Shown: positions 53,425-63,193 of the stretch, piece after piece
Numbering within the stretch: position 1 is the first letter of the stretch
Layout: the number at the start of each line of letters is the position of its first letter
NCBI GenBank assembly: GCA_041673345.1
Contig: JBAYXX010000005.1
Coordinates: 5,929 to 69,928, forward strand
Source of the DNA: Kiritimatiellia bacterium
GTDB lineage: Bacteria > Verrucomicrobiota > Kiritimatiellia > RFP12 > UBA1067
DNA length: 64,000 bases
Reading direction: 5' to 3'
The notes under the pieces: generated by a model
Database searches by the model: none
What the model saw: only the letters and a program-made list of their open reading frames with translations
Told to the model about the DNA's origin: nothing
Made by a program: the position numbers and the translations under genes

Positions 53425-55118
53425 TATTCAGCATCTCCCATTGTTGCTCTCAAAACTTCCTGGAGCGATGTCATGCCTGAAGCAACCTTCAACATGCCAT
53501 CCTCTCGCAAGGTTCTCATGCCCATCTCCCGGGCCCGCGCGCGCAAAACTGAGGCTGGCGCCTGATCAAAAATCAATCTCTGGATCGTGTCGTCCATCAA
53601 AAAAATCTCAAAAATACCTTTTCGCCCTTTATAACCGGATTGGCTGCAAGCGGAGCAGCCTTTGCCTTTAAACACCTTCCCTGTTGTTATGCGTTGTCCC
53701 ATGGCACCCAGCATTTTTATCTCACGCTCGGTGGGGGTGTAATCCGCGCGGCATTTATCGCAGATGGCGCGCACCAGCCGCTGCGCCATGGCCGCCCGTA
53801 TGGCGGATGCCACGAGGAAAGGCTTAACGCCGATATCCAGCAGACGGGTAACCGCACTGGGTGCGTCATTTGTATGCAGCGTGCTGAAAACTAAGTGACC
53901 GGTCAAGGCGGCCTCCATCGCGATATCGGCTGTCTCCGCATCACGAATTTCTCCGATCATAACAATATTAGGAGCTTGTCGCAGAATAGACCGCAGCGCA
54001 GCGGAGAAGTCCAGCCCCACATCCCGATTTACCTGTACCTGATTGATGCCTTCCATCTGATATTCAACAGGGTCTTCAACCGTGATGATCTTACGGTCTG
54101 GCAGGTTGATCTGCCCCAGACAGGCGTAGAGCGTGGTCGTCTTGCCGGAACCGGTCGGCCCTGTCACCAGCAGTACGCCATCGGGCAAGTTGATCAGGCG
54201 CTCAAATTTATTCTGGTCATCAGAGAGAAATCCCAACTGCGGCAGTCCCAAACTCAGATTTTCCTTGTCCAAAATACGCATCACAATACTCTCGCCATGG
54301 TTGGTCGGAACTGCGGAGACACGCAAATCCAGCTCACGTCCCTGCACCTTGACTTGAATACGCCCATCCTGAGGAACGCGTTTTTCAGAGATTTTCATAT
54401 TGGACATGATCTTGACCCGGCTCAGAATGGCGGCCTGCAGCCGTTTGGGCGGTGTATCCATTTCGCGCAGCACACCGTCAATCCGATAACGCACGCGGAA
54501 GGTGCGTTCGAGCGGCTCCAAATGAATATCAGAGGCCCGCATTTTACAGGCCTCCATGATGATTAAACTCACCAGACGGATCACCGGGGCGTCCGAGTCG
54601 CCCGCGTCCGGATCAGTTTCATCGAGCGCAAGCTTTTGCTCAATGTCTAAATCCTCACCTCCGAAGCCAAACTTGCTCTCAAAATCTTCTGGGTATAATT
54701 TTTCAAGTGCGCTCTTCACCTCACTGGCGGGAGCTATAACAGCCTCAATGTTCTTATTCAGCACATAGCGGAGGCTGTCAACCGTGTCGTAGCCCATCGG
54801 GTCGCCCAGCGCGACAGTGATTGTGTCTTCAGTGCAATACACCGGCACCACCCCGTACTTGCGGGCGACATCTCCGGGGATCGTATCCTTGACAGCGATA
54901 TCGATCGAATCCACATCCACATGAACATACTCCAAACCAAACTGATACGCGATCAGAGAGAGAACATCATCCTCATCCACAACCCCGCTTTGCATCAGAA
55001 TATCGAGTGTGGTTTCCCCTTCTTCCTTGAGAGAGCCTTTGACAGCATCGACCTGCTCAGACGTCACATACCCCTGTTCCAGCAATAAATCTAAGACATA
55101 GTCATCATTTGAAGTCAC
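53424..55118 (-). CDS. PilB/GspE-family assembly ATPase (first copy of the triplet)
   Basis: ORF 53424..55133 begins with TTG. The more likely start is the GTG at 55118, 7 nt after GAGGAG. Has a T2SSE_N domain, [19 protein letters not shown] and FSTLHTND. The tetracysteine motif is CDKC...CSAC. Its stop overlaps the pilT ATG by 1 nt. Confidence 0.85.
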   Translation of the reverse strand: MTSNDDYVLDLLLEQGYVTSEQVDAVKGSLKEEGETTLDILMQSGVVDEDDVLSLIAYQFGLEYVHVDVDSIDIAVKDTIPGDVARKYGVVPVYCTEDTITVALGDPMGYDTVDSLRYVLNKNIEAVIAPASEVKSALEKLYPEDFESKFGFGGEDLDIEQKLALDETDPDAGDSDAPVIRLVSLIIMEACKMRASDIHLEPLERTFRVRYRIDGVLREMDTPPKRLQAAILSRVKIMSNMKISEKRVPQDGRIQVKVQGRELDLRVSAVPTNHGESIVMRILDKENLSLGLPQLGFLSDDQNKFERLINLPDGVLLVTGPTGSGKTTTLYACLGQINLPDRKIITVEDPVEYQMEGINQVQVNRDVGLDFSAALRSILRQAPNIVMIGEIRDAETADIAMEAALTGHLVFSTLHTNDAPSAVTRLLDIGVKPFLVASAIRAAMAQRLVRAICDKCRADYTPTEREIKMLGAMGQRITTGKVFKGKGCSACSQSGYKGRKGIFEIFLMDDTIQRLIFDQAPASVLRARAREMGMRTLREDGMLKVASGMTSLQEVLRATMGDAE

Positions 55119-55153
55119 AAATTCTCTCCTCAATCAAAAGTGCGTAAAATCGC

Positions 55154-56587
55154 TCAGCTTAATTCAGCAAATTTTTTAGCGATCATTTGGTTAACGACCT
55201 TGGGGTCAGCCTTGCCTTGGCTCAACTTCATCACCTGGCCAGTCAGAAAACCAGCTGCCGCCTTTTTGCCTGCTAAAAAGTCCGCAACTGATTTTTCATG
55301 AGCAGCAAAAACCTCATCAATATAGGATTGCAGCACTCCGCAATCGCTGACCTGCGCCAGCCCGCGCGACTCCACTAGAGCCATCGGCTCGCCGCCCTGC
55401 CGGAACAGCTCGGGTAAAAGCTCTTTAGCAGTGGGGCCGTTGATCACACCCCGCGTGACCAGGGTTATCAGCCCCGCCAGCGCTTCGGGGGTAAGCGCAC
55501 ATTGATCAATCGTCAGCCCGCTCTCCGAAATCAGACACATCACATCTGTCATGAACCAATTGGAGAGGATCTTGGCCTCACCGCAAATCGCCGCTGCGGC
55601 CTCAAAAAAATCCGCGTTCGGCTTTTCATCCGCGAGCACACCAGCATCATACTCTGGAATGTTGTACTCTTTGGCCATGCGTTCGCGCCTGACAGAGGGC
55701 AGCTCCGGTAGAGTGGAGCGCCAACCCTCCACCAACTGCTCGCTCAGCACCACTGACACCAGATCAGGCTCGGGGAAGTACCGATAGTCATGCGCGTTCT
55801 CTTTAGAGCGCATGGCTTGGGTCTCGCCCAGCTCCGCCTCCCAGCGCCGTGTCTCCTGCACGAGCTGGCCCCCATTGCGAACAACATAAAGCTGGCGCTC
55901 AATCTCGTAGTTCAGGGCAGCATAAATACCCTTGAATGTGTTCATATTCTTGATCTCAACCCGGGTGCCCAGCTCAGCTTGCCCTTCAGGGCGGACACTG
56001 ACATTGACATCCGAACGCATGTTGCCCTCCTCTAGGTTGCACTCGCTGACTCCAGCGTACACCAGAATTTGACGCAAGTTGTGGAGGTATGCCATCGCCT
56101 CATCAGGAGAGGTGAGATCAGGCTCTGAAACAATCTCCATCAGAGGCATCCCGCACCGGTTAAAATCAACTCCGCTATGACGCGCGTAATGGATGATCTT
56201 GCCGGCATCCTCCTCCTGATGGATATGGTGAATGCGAATCAGCCGCGCACCATCAGGGGTGCCAATTGTCACCCCGCCGCCAACACACAACGGCAGCTCC
56301 TGCTGCGTGATCTGGTAATTTTTCGACATGTCCGGATAAAAATAGTTCTTGCGATCAAAGGTGCTGGTGTGGTTGATCGCACACCCCAGCATCAACCCGG
56401 ATATCACACATTGCTTCACAGCCTCACGGTTCATAACTGGCAGCGCGCCAGGATAGCCCAGACAAACCGGACACACATTGGTGTTAGGCTCAGAGCCAAA
56501 CTCTGTTGAGCAGCCGCAGAACATCTTCGTACAAGTCTTGAGATGCACATGTGTCTCTAAACCAATTGTTATCAGATACTTACTCAT
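55154..56587 (-). CDS. gatB: Asp-tRNA(Asn)/Glu-tRNA(Gln) amidotransferase subunit B
   Basis: 477 aa. Contains IGLETHVHL...KMFCGC...NTNVCPVCLGYPGALP and a C-terminal YqeY-like domain. Confidence 0.92.
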   Translation of the reverse strand: MSKYLITIGLETHVHLKTCTKMFCGCSTEFGSEPNTNVCPVCLGYPGALPVMNREAVKQCVISGLMLGCAINHTSTFDRKNYFYPDMSKNYQITQQELPLCVGGGVTIGTPDGARLIRIHHIHQEEDAGKIIHYARHSGVDFNRCGMPLMEIVSEPDLTSPDEAMAYLHNLRQILVYAGVSECNLEEGNMRSDVNVSVRPEGQAELGTRVEIKNMNTFKGIYAALNYEIERQLYVVRNGGQLVQETRRWEAELGETQAMRSKENAHDYRYFPEPDLVSVVLSEQLVEGWRSTLPELPSVRRERMAKEYNIPEYDAGVLADEKPNADFFEAAAAICGEAKILSNWFMTDVMCLISESGLTIDQCALTPEALAGLITLVTRGVINGPTAKELLPELFRQGGEPMALVESRGLAQVSDCGVLQSYIDEVFAAHEKSVADFLAGKKAAAGFLTGQVMKLSQGKADPKVVNQMIAKKFAELS

Positions 56588-56654
56588 TTAAAACCTTGAT
56601 TATTTCCGTTCTCGCAATCCCTTGGCTCGCTCACACGCAAGCGCACCTGCCATC

Positions 56655-58097
56655 TCACCTGCCATCCCGCATTTTTTCATAAGCATGCGCCACACTCAAA
56701 ACACGATTCTCACTAAAAGCCTGCCCCAAAACTTGAAGGCCAATCGGCAAACTATCCGTGGTGCTGCCGCAAGGCAGCGAGATACCGCAGATCCCAGCCA
56801 GACTCGCCGGCACAGTGAAGGCATCACCCAAATAGCTCTTTAAAAGATCCTGCTTCGCCGCCCCTATTTTATAAGCAGCCGTGGGCGAAACCGGGGTCAT
56901 CAAAACATCACAGCTCTCAAAAGCCCGCGTGTAATCCTCCCGGATCAAGGTGCGGGCCTTCTGCGCTTTAATATAGTAAGCATCATAATAGCCGCTGCTC
57001 AACACATAGGTTCCCAATATAATCCGGCGCTTGACCTCAGCTCCAAAACCCTCTGCCCGGCTGGCGGCATACAGTTCATAAACCGAACCGGGCATGGCTG
57101 TCTGGTGGCCATAGCGCACGCCATCAAAACGGGCTAAATTGGCTGAGGCCTCCGCGTTCGCCAGAATATGATAAACCGCAATTGCATACTCGGTGTGCGG
57201 CAGCGAGAGATCAACTATCTCAGCACCAGCGGCTCGGCAGACCTCAACCGCACTCAACACCGCTGCAATGACCTCTGGATCTGAGCCCTCGATAAAATAC
57301 TCACGCGGCAGCCCAATCCGTACACCTTGCATATTGCCAGTCAACCCGGCCTCATAATCAGGAACCTTGAGATCCAAGGTCGTGCCGTCATGCGGATCAT
57401 AACCAGCCAACGCGCGTAGGAGAATCGCCGCGTCTTCAACGGTCTTGGTCAAAAGGCCTACCTGATCCAATGAAGAGGCATAGGCGGCCACACCATAGCG
57501 CGAAACCCGTCCATATGAAGGCTTCAAGCCCACACACCCGCAAAAAGAGGCTGGCTGCCGGATTGATCCGCCCGTGTCGGTTCCCAGCGCGGCAAGCGCC
57601 TCGCCGCCGGCCACTGCGGCGGCCGAGCCACCGCTGGAACCACCGGGTACATACTCGAGGTTATGCGGATTGCGTGTGATTTGAAAAGCTGAACTCTCAG
57701 TAGTCGAACCCATGGCAAACTCATCCATATTGGTACGACCCGCGAAAACAACGCCCGCCGAACGCAGCTTGGCTGCCACCGTGGCATCATAAGGCGAGCG
57801 ATAGCTCTCCATCATGCGCGAGGCGCAGCTGCAGCCCTCCCCGTTGACATTGATCACGTCCTTGATCGCAAGCGGCAGACCCAGTAAAGGCGCGTCATCG
57901 CCCGCTGACCGTCTCTGATCCGCCGCTGCGGCCTGTTTCAGAATATAGTCAGCGTCCACCTTGAGATAAGCCTGCAGCTGACCATCTTTCGCACCAATGG
58001 AGCTAAGCAGTGCCTGAGAAAGCTCAACCGAGGAAAACTCTCTTTTCTTGAGGCCCCGCAAGGCGCCTGCCACTGTGAGAATCGCAATATCTTCCAT
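56655..58097 (-). CDS. gatA: Asp-tRNA(Asn)/Glu-tRNA(Gln) amidotransferase subunit A
   Basis: ORF 56655..58127, with Met11 (58097, MEDIAILT) the likely start. The amidase signature is GGSSGGSAAAVA...GTDTGGSIRQPA. Confidence 0.9.
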   Translation of the reverse strand: MEDIAILTVAGALRGLKKREFSSVELSQALLSSIGAKDGQLQAYLKVDADYILKQAAAADQRRSAGDDAPLLGLPLAIKDVINVNGEGCSCASRMMESYRSPYDATVAAKLRSAGVVFAGRTNMDEFAMGSTTESSAFQITRNPHNLEYVPGGSSGGSAAAVAGGEALAALGTDTGGSIRQPASFCGCVGLKPSYGRVSRYGVAAYASSLDQVGLLTKTVEDAAILLRALAGYDPHDGTTLDLKVPDYEAGLTGNMQGVRIGLPREYFIEGSDPEVIAAVLSAVEVCRAAGAEIVDLSLPHTEYAIAVYHILANAEASANLARFDGVRYGHQTAMPGSVYELYAASRAEGFGAEVKRRIILGTYVLSSGYYDAYYIKAQKARTLIREDYTRAFESCDVLMTPVSPTAAYKIGAAKQDLLKSYLGDAFTVPASLAGICGISLPCGSTTDSLPIGLQVLGQAFSENRVLSVAHAYEKMRDGR

Positions 58098-58151
58098 AAA
58101 TCTCTCAATATCAAAATTACAAACCATCCGAGGCGGAAAAAACCCGCTGCA

Positions 58152-58442
58152 TCAAGTGTCCTCAACAATCTTCGGCAGTTTAAACTCGCTCTCTGTACGC
58201 GCCGGAGCATTGGCCAGCGCCTCAGCACGGCTGAGTGAGGGACGGACAACATCCTCCCGAAAAAAATTGGTGGAAACTTGACCATGCATGGTTGGCTGGA
58301 CACCCTCCAGATTCAGGGCGCTGATCTTATTGACATAGCCAACAACCGTCTCCAACTGAGCTTGAAAAAGCTTTTTTTCCTCGGCGGTCAACGCAATCCG
58401 AGCCAGCTCCGCAACATATGCCACATCTATATTTAGACTCAC
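58152..58442 (-). CDS. gatC: Asp-tRNA(Asn)/Glu-tRNA(Gln) amidotransferase subunit C
   Basis: 96 aa with a GTG start, AAGGAG 7 nt upstream. Contains VAELARIALTAEEKKLFQAQLETVVGYV. Position is immediately upstream of gatA. Confidence 0.85.
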   Translation of the reverse strand: MSLNIDVAYVAELARIALTAEEKKLFQAQLETVVGYVNKISALNLEGVQPTMHGQVSTNFFREDVVRPSLSRAEALANAPARTESEFKLPKIVEDT

Positions 58443-58690
58443 CTAAAATCTCCTTGCAGAATGTCAGTCGCTTAAACAACCAACCAGAAAAATAAAACAA
58501 TCATTATATACGCTATAATCACCCAGCACAATTCAAAACACACAAAAAACACCTTAACCAGCGAAATTTCCGTTAGCTAAGGCATAAAAAGCGCATATCA
58601 TCGCAAAAAATCGTCGACCAGCATCGCCGTCCGTTATCGTAAACCGGAGGCGAAGCCGACCTTCAGTAGTTTCCGATTACATCGAGACTT

Positions 58691-58713
58691 GTCCGATTAA
58701 AAATCGGACCTAA
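58691..58713. repeat. solitary, slightly degenerate REP-D copy (inverted)
   Basis: GTCCGATTAAAAATCGGACCTAA. Confidence 0.65.
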
Positions 58714-58802
58714 GTTGCTCCCGCGCCAAAAGCGCGACCTTTTCACTTTTCACTTTCATAAAGAACTACTCGCTAACGTAGCAACCAACATTGCTATAGT
58801 AG

Positions 58803-58851
58803 CCAAGAAAAGCCGGTATCCTGAAGTATTGAGATCCTCAGGATATCCGGC
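58803..58851 (-). terminator. rho-independent terminator after the Lys-rich small ORF
   Basis: The minus strand reads GCCGGATATCCTGA-(14-nt loop)-TCAGGATACCGGC followed by TTTTCTT. It starts 10 nt after the small ORF stop. Confidence 0.6.
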
Positions 58852-58860
58852 TGAGAGAGG

Positions 58861-58965
58861 TTATTTTTTCTTATCTCTTTTAACCTGCTTCTTCTCTTTA
58901 GGGGTCAATTTAGCTTTCTTCTGAGCTTCTTTTTTACCCTTATCCTTTTTTCCTGTGTCGCCCAT
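58861..58965 (-). CDS. 34-aa lysine-rich small protein (candidate)
   Basis: Not in the ORF track because it is under 60 aa. The minus strand reads AAAGGAGGAAGAT-ATG, then MGDTGKKDKGKKEAQKKAKLTPKEKKQVKRDKKK-TAA. It has a near-consensus SD at ideal spacing and its own terminator. Confidence 0.5.
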   Translation of the reverse strand: MGDTGKKDKGKKEAQKKAKLTPKEKKQVKRDKKK

Positions 58966-59158
58966 ATCTTCCTCCTTTAACATTAATGGATTATCGACTT
59001 AAAGGTATGATACCTGCCACAGATATCCAATACCACTATTAAAGTAACGCGAATATAAATTATTATGACAACTCTGTCAAGCTAGACCCCGTTTAAAATC
59101 CTCTAATTCCGCTCAAGAAATACGGCGTTGCCTCTATTCCGAATTCAGCCGCTCTGCC

Positions 59159-62100
59159 CTACGGCGCGATGACCTTGACAAGATTCAAACGCGCATCACA
59201 GGCTCCCTCGCTGCTAAAGCTCACCTGATTAGGGCCTCCCTGTAAAAGAGGCAACTCTTTCTCCAGACGCCCTTGGGAGAGAATTTTACGGCTGCTATCG
59301 ATGATCTGCCAGTTCTGCTGATCGCGGCAGCGCACTCTCTCCCCAAGTTTCAGGGTGATATCAAACTTCGCCACATGATTATTAATGGTGAGCGTCGGAT
59401 TAACCACTGGCCCATACAACTCAATCTCCACCTTCGCCTTTTGGCCAGCAGACATAGGCTCAATCCAACGACTCTCCTGGCTCCCGCCGTGCTGGATGAT
59501 CCGTGGCAGCGCAAAGGCACGCTGGAGGTATTTCCAACCAATCGCCGACTCCGGCTGCATACTGCCAAAAGCTTCACCACGCGAAATCAACGATAGCTCA
59601 GCGCGCGGAACTCCCTCTCCCTTTGAAACCGGCATAAGTGTAAGGCGATTGACACCCTTTTTATAAAGCGGTTGTTTTGACAGTGACACCGATGCCAGCG
59701 GATCACCGCTTGGATTAAAATGCGTGCAGCGACCATCCGCATCAACCTCCGCAAAATCGCCGGAGTTCAATGTGAAAGGAATGATCAGCGACTCAGCGTT
59801 GACCTGAATTTCAGGATTGACGATTTTACAGTCTTTCGCAGGCAGTGCCACAACCGGTGAGAGAACCACCGCTGTGCCACCACCAGCCGGAATGTTGTTG
59901 AGATAGATATTGACGGCCGAGAGATACTTCCGATTCAACGGATTGCGATAAAGCGCATGGATATTGTTGTATGGCCACCGGTAAAGCTGGTGCAGCCGCG
60001 TGTCACGCTCTCGAAGATGGAATTCGCAATAACGCCATCCCTCAAAGTTCAGAGTCACATAATGCTCGGAGAGTCCACCCAAATGCTCGCGTGGTGTCGC
60101 CAACTGCACATTCAGTAAGGCACCGCTGCCATCGCCTTTAACCCAGAGCCCCACCGCCCCGCAGGGGGAGATATCCAAATAGTCGGGCGCAAAACTAACG
60201 GAAGCCGAAGACCAGGCACCATACGCAGCTTCCCCCTGATTCTTAGCTTCCAGCTTGAAGGAACCGGCAAAGCGCTCCTCAGCCGTGGAACTCACAGCCA
60301 GCTTAACGGATGGAGCTGTTTTGATCTGGAGATTCGTACACGCGGTGCCACCCACAAGCAGTATGGCGGCAGGGTCGTTATAAGGCAGCGCTCTTTGCAA
60401 GGCCTCCATCCGCAGGGTGGCGGGTTGCTCTCCAAAGCTGTTAACCGACTCCCAGACACTTCCCTCAGCCGCACTCACCCGATGATAATCATATGCCACG
60501 GGCGTGAAGCGCCACAGGCCGCTCGGGTTTTGGCGCAACTCAAACTCTTGGCCTGGAACAGCAATCTGATCTAATGTCGGTCGGTCAAAATATTCCGCTA
60601 AACGCAGCTTTTCGTACCACCCCAGAATTGTCAGCTGCTTTTCAATCGCGTAGGACAAAGGCTGATGCGAGACATTGACCCCCTGAATGGAAGATGCGCT
60701 CTCCAGTGCCATATTTTTACAGGCAAAGTACTCCATTTCATCTTGAAAGTGGCCTCTGACATTCGCGTTTACCTGCCGAGGCGCCCACCAGCCAAGTTGA
60801 GGCGCCAGCAGGTCAGTTTTCCGATATGTCTTGGCAGAACTAACATGCAAATCATGAAACTCCTTCATGCCCCACATCGGATGATCCCAGGCACCCAGCC
60901 GCGAGTGAAACCACCAGTTATGCGCCCCGTGACAGCTCGCCTCAATCACAGCATCGTTGCGCATCTTTTTCATAATGGAGTGACGCATAAAGTCAATCCC
61001 GTAACGGGAGCGCATGCCCTCTGATCCGTCAAAATAAAAGTTGTCGATCTCGCAACTGTTAAAGATATGCGCCAACCGCCGCGCCAGGGCCTCTGCCAGG
61101 GCCGAGTCCGGTTTGGGATAAAATGCGTAATAGCGCTGTTGCAGATAATCAATCGAGTCACCGCCCTTGTAAGCAGCGGCGGTTGTGCCAAAAGCGCCCC
61201 TTTTACAATCAAAGAAACCATAAGGCTTGGTACGGCTGATCCGAGTATACTGAATAATCTCATCACCAATGCGCAAGGCGTTGCCATTGCCGCTGTAAGT
61301 GAAAACAACATCATGACCAGCGACCGGAATTTCATCGACATAAACAGATGTCGTATCAGCAGGCAGGTCCTTGCTCAGTGTATAGACATTCGCAGCCAGC
61401 AAGTCAGGGTGCGGCACAGGCGTGACCCATGGATCCCGTGGATTAATACAGGCGGTCAATGTATGCATCCCAGCCTTTAATCCAGCAGCATGAATGCGCT
61501 GCACCGCCCGCTTTAAATCGGCCTCGCCCTCTGGGAAAAGGGTGCGATTGATCGGATACTGGCCCAAACCCTGCCACCAGCCGTGCAAATGGATAACTTC
61601 ATGTCCACAGCGTCGGGCCAGTTCGATCCACTCATCTACAGATGCCAGCGAAAGATCTGCAAATAAGTAGGAGCCCTTATTAGCCCGCGAGTCCAGTGAC
61701 CAGGCACCCCCGTTTGTTGAATAAGGAACTCCGGCATGCTGCGTCATTTTTCGCAGAATGCTCGGCAACTCCGCCCGTGGGCCAACGGCCAATCCCCCCC
61801 GCCAACCAACAAGCCCTAACTCCCGTGTTGTCTGAAGCCGCAGATTATTAGCAAAGAGCGACATCTCAACTGGCAGGTCATAACCGCGCAAACAAATGCC
61901 CTCTTCCTCATCAGAGAGCATGTTCGCCATCCCGCCGTAGTAATTTTTAAGAGCGGATGCAACCTCAAAAAAGGTCAGGCGCTCCACATTTTTCAAGGTA
62001 CACTCCAGCAGGTCAATATCAAAAAAATCACCCTGATCTGATATCTTCAAATCAACCCAACCAGGATCACCACGAAAGAAAAAACGCAACCGATTGTGAT

Positions 62101-63013
62101 CCAGAGCCTCCACCTTGGAGCACTTGAGCTGACGACCGGTATCAGTTGCCGCACTCACCAAAGCGGTGGGATGAGATAACAAAGCACGGTTGGTTTGCTT
62201 TGATTGCATCTGCGACAGCCATCCTCGCTGGTTGACAGAAAACGAGATATAACGGTTCTCAAAATCAGCCACCACCGGCAACGGCTTGGAGTCATGTACA
62301 GTATAGACAGCGGAGGCGCGCTTCATATCAGTGGCAAGGCTTTGAACCTCCTGCTGGGAGAGTGCCCGATTGTAGATACGCAAGTCATCCATCAGCCCGT
62401 TATGGCAGGCCGGCGGGTACCAGCCACCCAGGCGCAAACCATCGCATTGAATAGGAAAATCCCATTTCCCATCAGCCACCTTTTTGCCATCCACATATGT
62501 CGAAATATGCGGGCGTTCAAAAGTCACACACAGATGTGTCCACTTGTTTGTCGGCAATTGATTCAGCAAAGACACACCCACCTCCCGCCATCCATCACCC
62601 TTTGTATCCGGCTTGCCAAAACGAACACTGCATGTGTTCTGATTGACAAACAACATCATTCCACCTGGAGACCATGTGCGGCTGGTGAGAATATTCGGGT
62701 AGCTACGCATGGCATCCCCCTGCCACATGACCCAAATCGACAGTGAAAGAGCATTAGCGTTGCGCATGGCCGGGATCGCTTCAATTTCGACAAACGCGTT
62801 GGCGCCTCCAAAGCTAAGGGCTGTTCCAAATTCGCCCTTGGCCCATTGAACATTTTTGAGTTCCGCCTGAACACCCCCTTTCGAACCACGGTCGCTGACT
62901 ACCTCGTGCTGCTCATCAAATGGCAGCCAAAGTAATTCAGGGACATCGCCGCAGGCCCGCCCGACAATCAACAAACAAATGACACTGGCAAAAAACCGAT
63001 ATTTCTTCTTCAT
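59159..63013 (-). CDS. secreted 1284-aa protein with an N-terminal LamG (concanavalin-A-like lectin) domain and a large uncharacterised body
   Basis: Signal peptide FFASVICLLIVGRACG. LamG hallmarks are ALSFGGANAFVEI...LSLSIWVMW...WTHLCVTFE...YVDGKKV...LMDDLRIYNRALSQQEVQSL. The remainder has no motif I can name. Confidence 0.6.
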   Translation of the reverse strand: MKKKYRFFASVICLLIVGRACGDVPELLWLPFDEQHEVVSDRGSKGGVQAELKNVQWAKGEFGTALSFGGANAFVEIEAIPAMRNANALSLSIWVMWQGDAMRSYPNILTSRTWSPGGMMLFVNQNTCSVRFGKPDTKGDGWREVGVSLLNQLPTNKWTHLCVTFERPHISTYVDGKKVADGKWDFPIQCDGLRLGGWYPPACHNGLMDDLRIYNRALSQQEVQSLATDMKRASAVYTVHDSKPLPVVADFENRYISFSVNQRGWLSQMQSKQTNRALLSHPTALVSAATDTGRQLKCSKVEALDHNRLRFFFRGDPGWVDLKISDQGDFFDIDLLECTLKNVERLTFFEVASALKNYYGGMANMLSDEEEGICLRGYDLPVEMSLFANNLRLQTTRELGLVGWRGGLAVGPRAELPSILRKMTQHAGVPYSTNGGAWSLDSRANKGSYLFADLSLASVDEWIELARRCGHEVIHLHGWWQGLGQYPINRTLFPEGEADLKRAVQRIHAAGLKAGMHTLTACINPRDPWVTPVPHPDLLAANVYTLSKDLPADTTSVYVDEIPVAGHDVVFTYSGNGNALRIGDEIIQYTRISRTKPYGFFDCKRGAFGTTAAAYKGGDSIDYLQQRYYAFYPKPDSALAEALARRLAHIFNSCEIDNFYFDGSEGMRSRYGIDFMRHSIMKKMRNDAVIEASCHGAHNWWFHSRLGAWDHPMWGMKEFHDLHVSSAKTYRKTDLLAPQLGWWAPRQVNANVRGHFQDEMEYFACKNMALESASSIQGVNVSHQPLSYAIEKQLTILGWYEKLRLAEYFDRPTLDQIAVPGQEFELRQNPSGLWRFTPVAYDYHRVSAAEGSVWESVNSFGEQPATLRMEALQRALPYNDPAAILLVGGTACTNLQIKTAPSVKLAVSSTAEERFAGSFKLEAKNQGEAAYGAWSSASVSFAPDYLDISPCGAVGLWVKGDGSGALLNVQLATPREHLGGLSEHYVTLNFEGWRYCEFHLRERDTRLHQLYRWPYNNIHALYRNPLNRKYLSAVNIYLNNIPAGGGTAVVLSPVVALPAKDCKIVNPEIQVNAESLIIPFTLNSGDFAEVDADGRCTHFNPSGDPLASVSLSKQPLYKKGVNRLTLMPVSKGEGVPRAELSLISRGEAFGSMQPESAIGWKYLQRAFALPRIIQHGGSQESRWIEPMSAGQKAKVEIELYGPVVNPTLTINNHVAKFDITLKLGERVRCRDQQNWQIIDSSRKILSQGRLEKELPLLQGGPNQVSFSSEGACDARLNLVKVIAP

Positions 63014-63165
63014 GTGGTCTCCCTTGAACGTTAATTTTATTTTCTCAAAACAATTCTCTCAGATCCTGTCGCGAAAAACAAGAAGTTCGGCAAGCGTTTT
63101 CATAAGTAATTGAGTACAAGCACTTAAAGTGGTATTTCAAACAGTTCCAACTTCACTAAAAACTT

Positions 63166-63193
63166 CATCTGCAAGCAAGGATGCTTGCACTAC
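63166..63193. repeat. REP-C copy overlapping the tsaE stop codon
   Basis: CATCTGCAAGCAAGGATGCTTGCACTAC. On the minus strand the GTAG head (63193-63190) contains the tsaE TAG stop. Confidence 0.8.
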
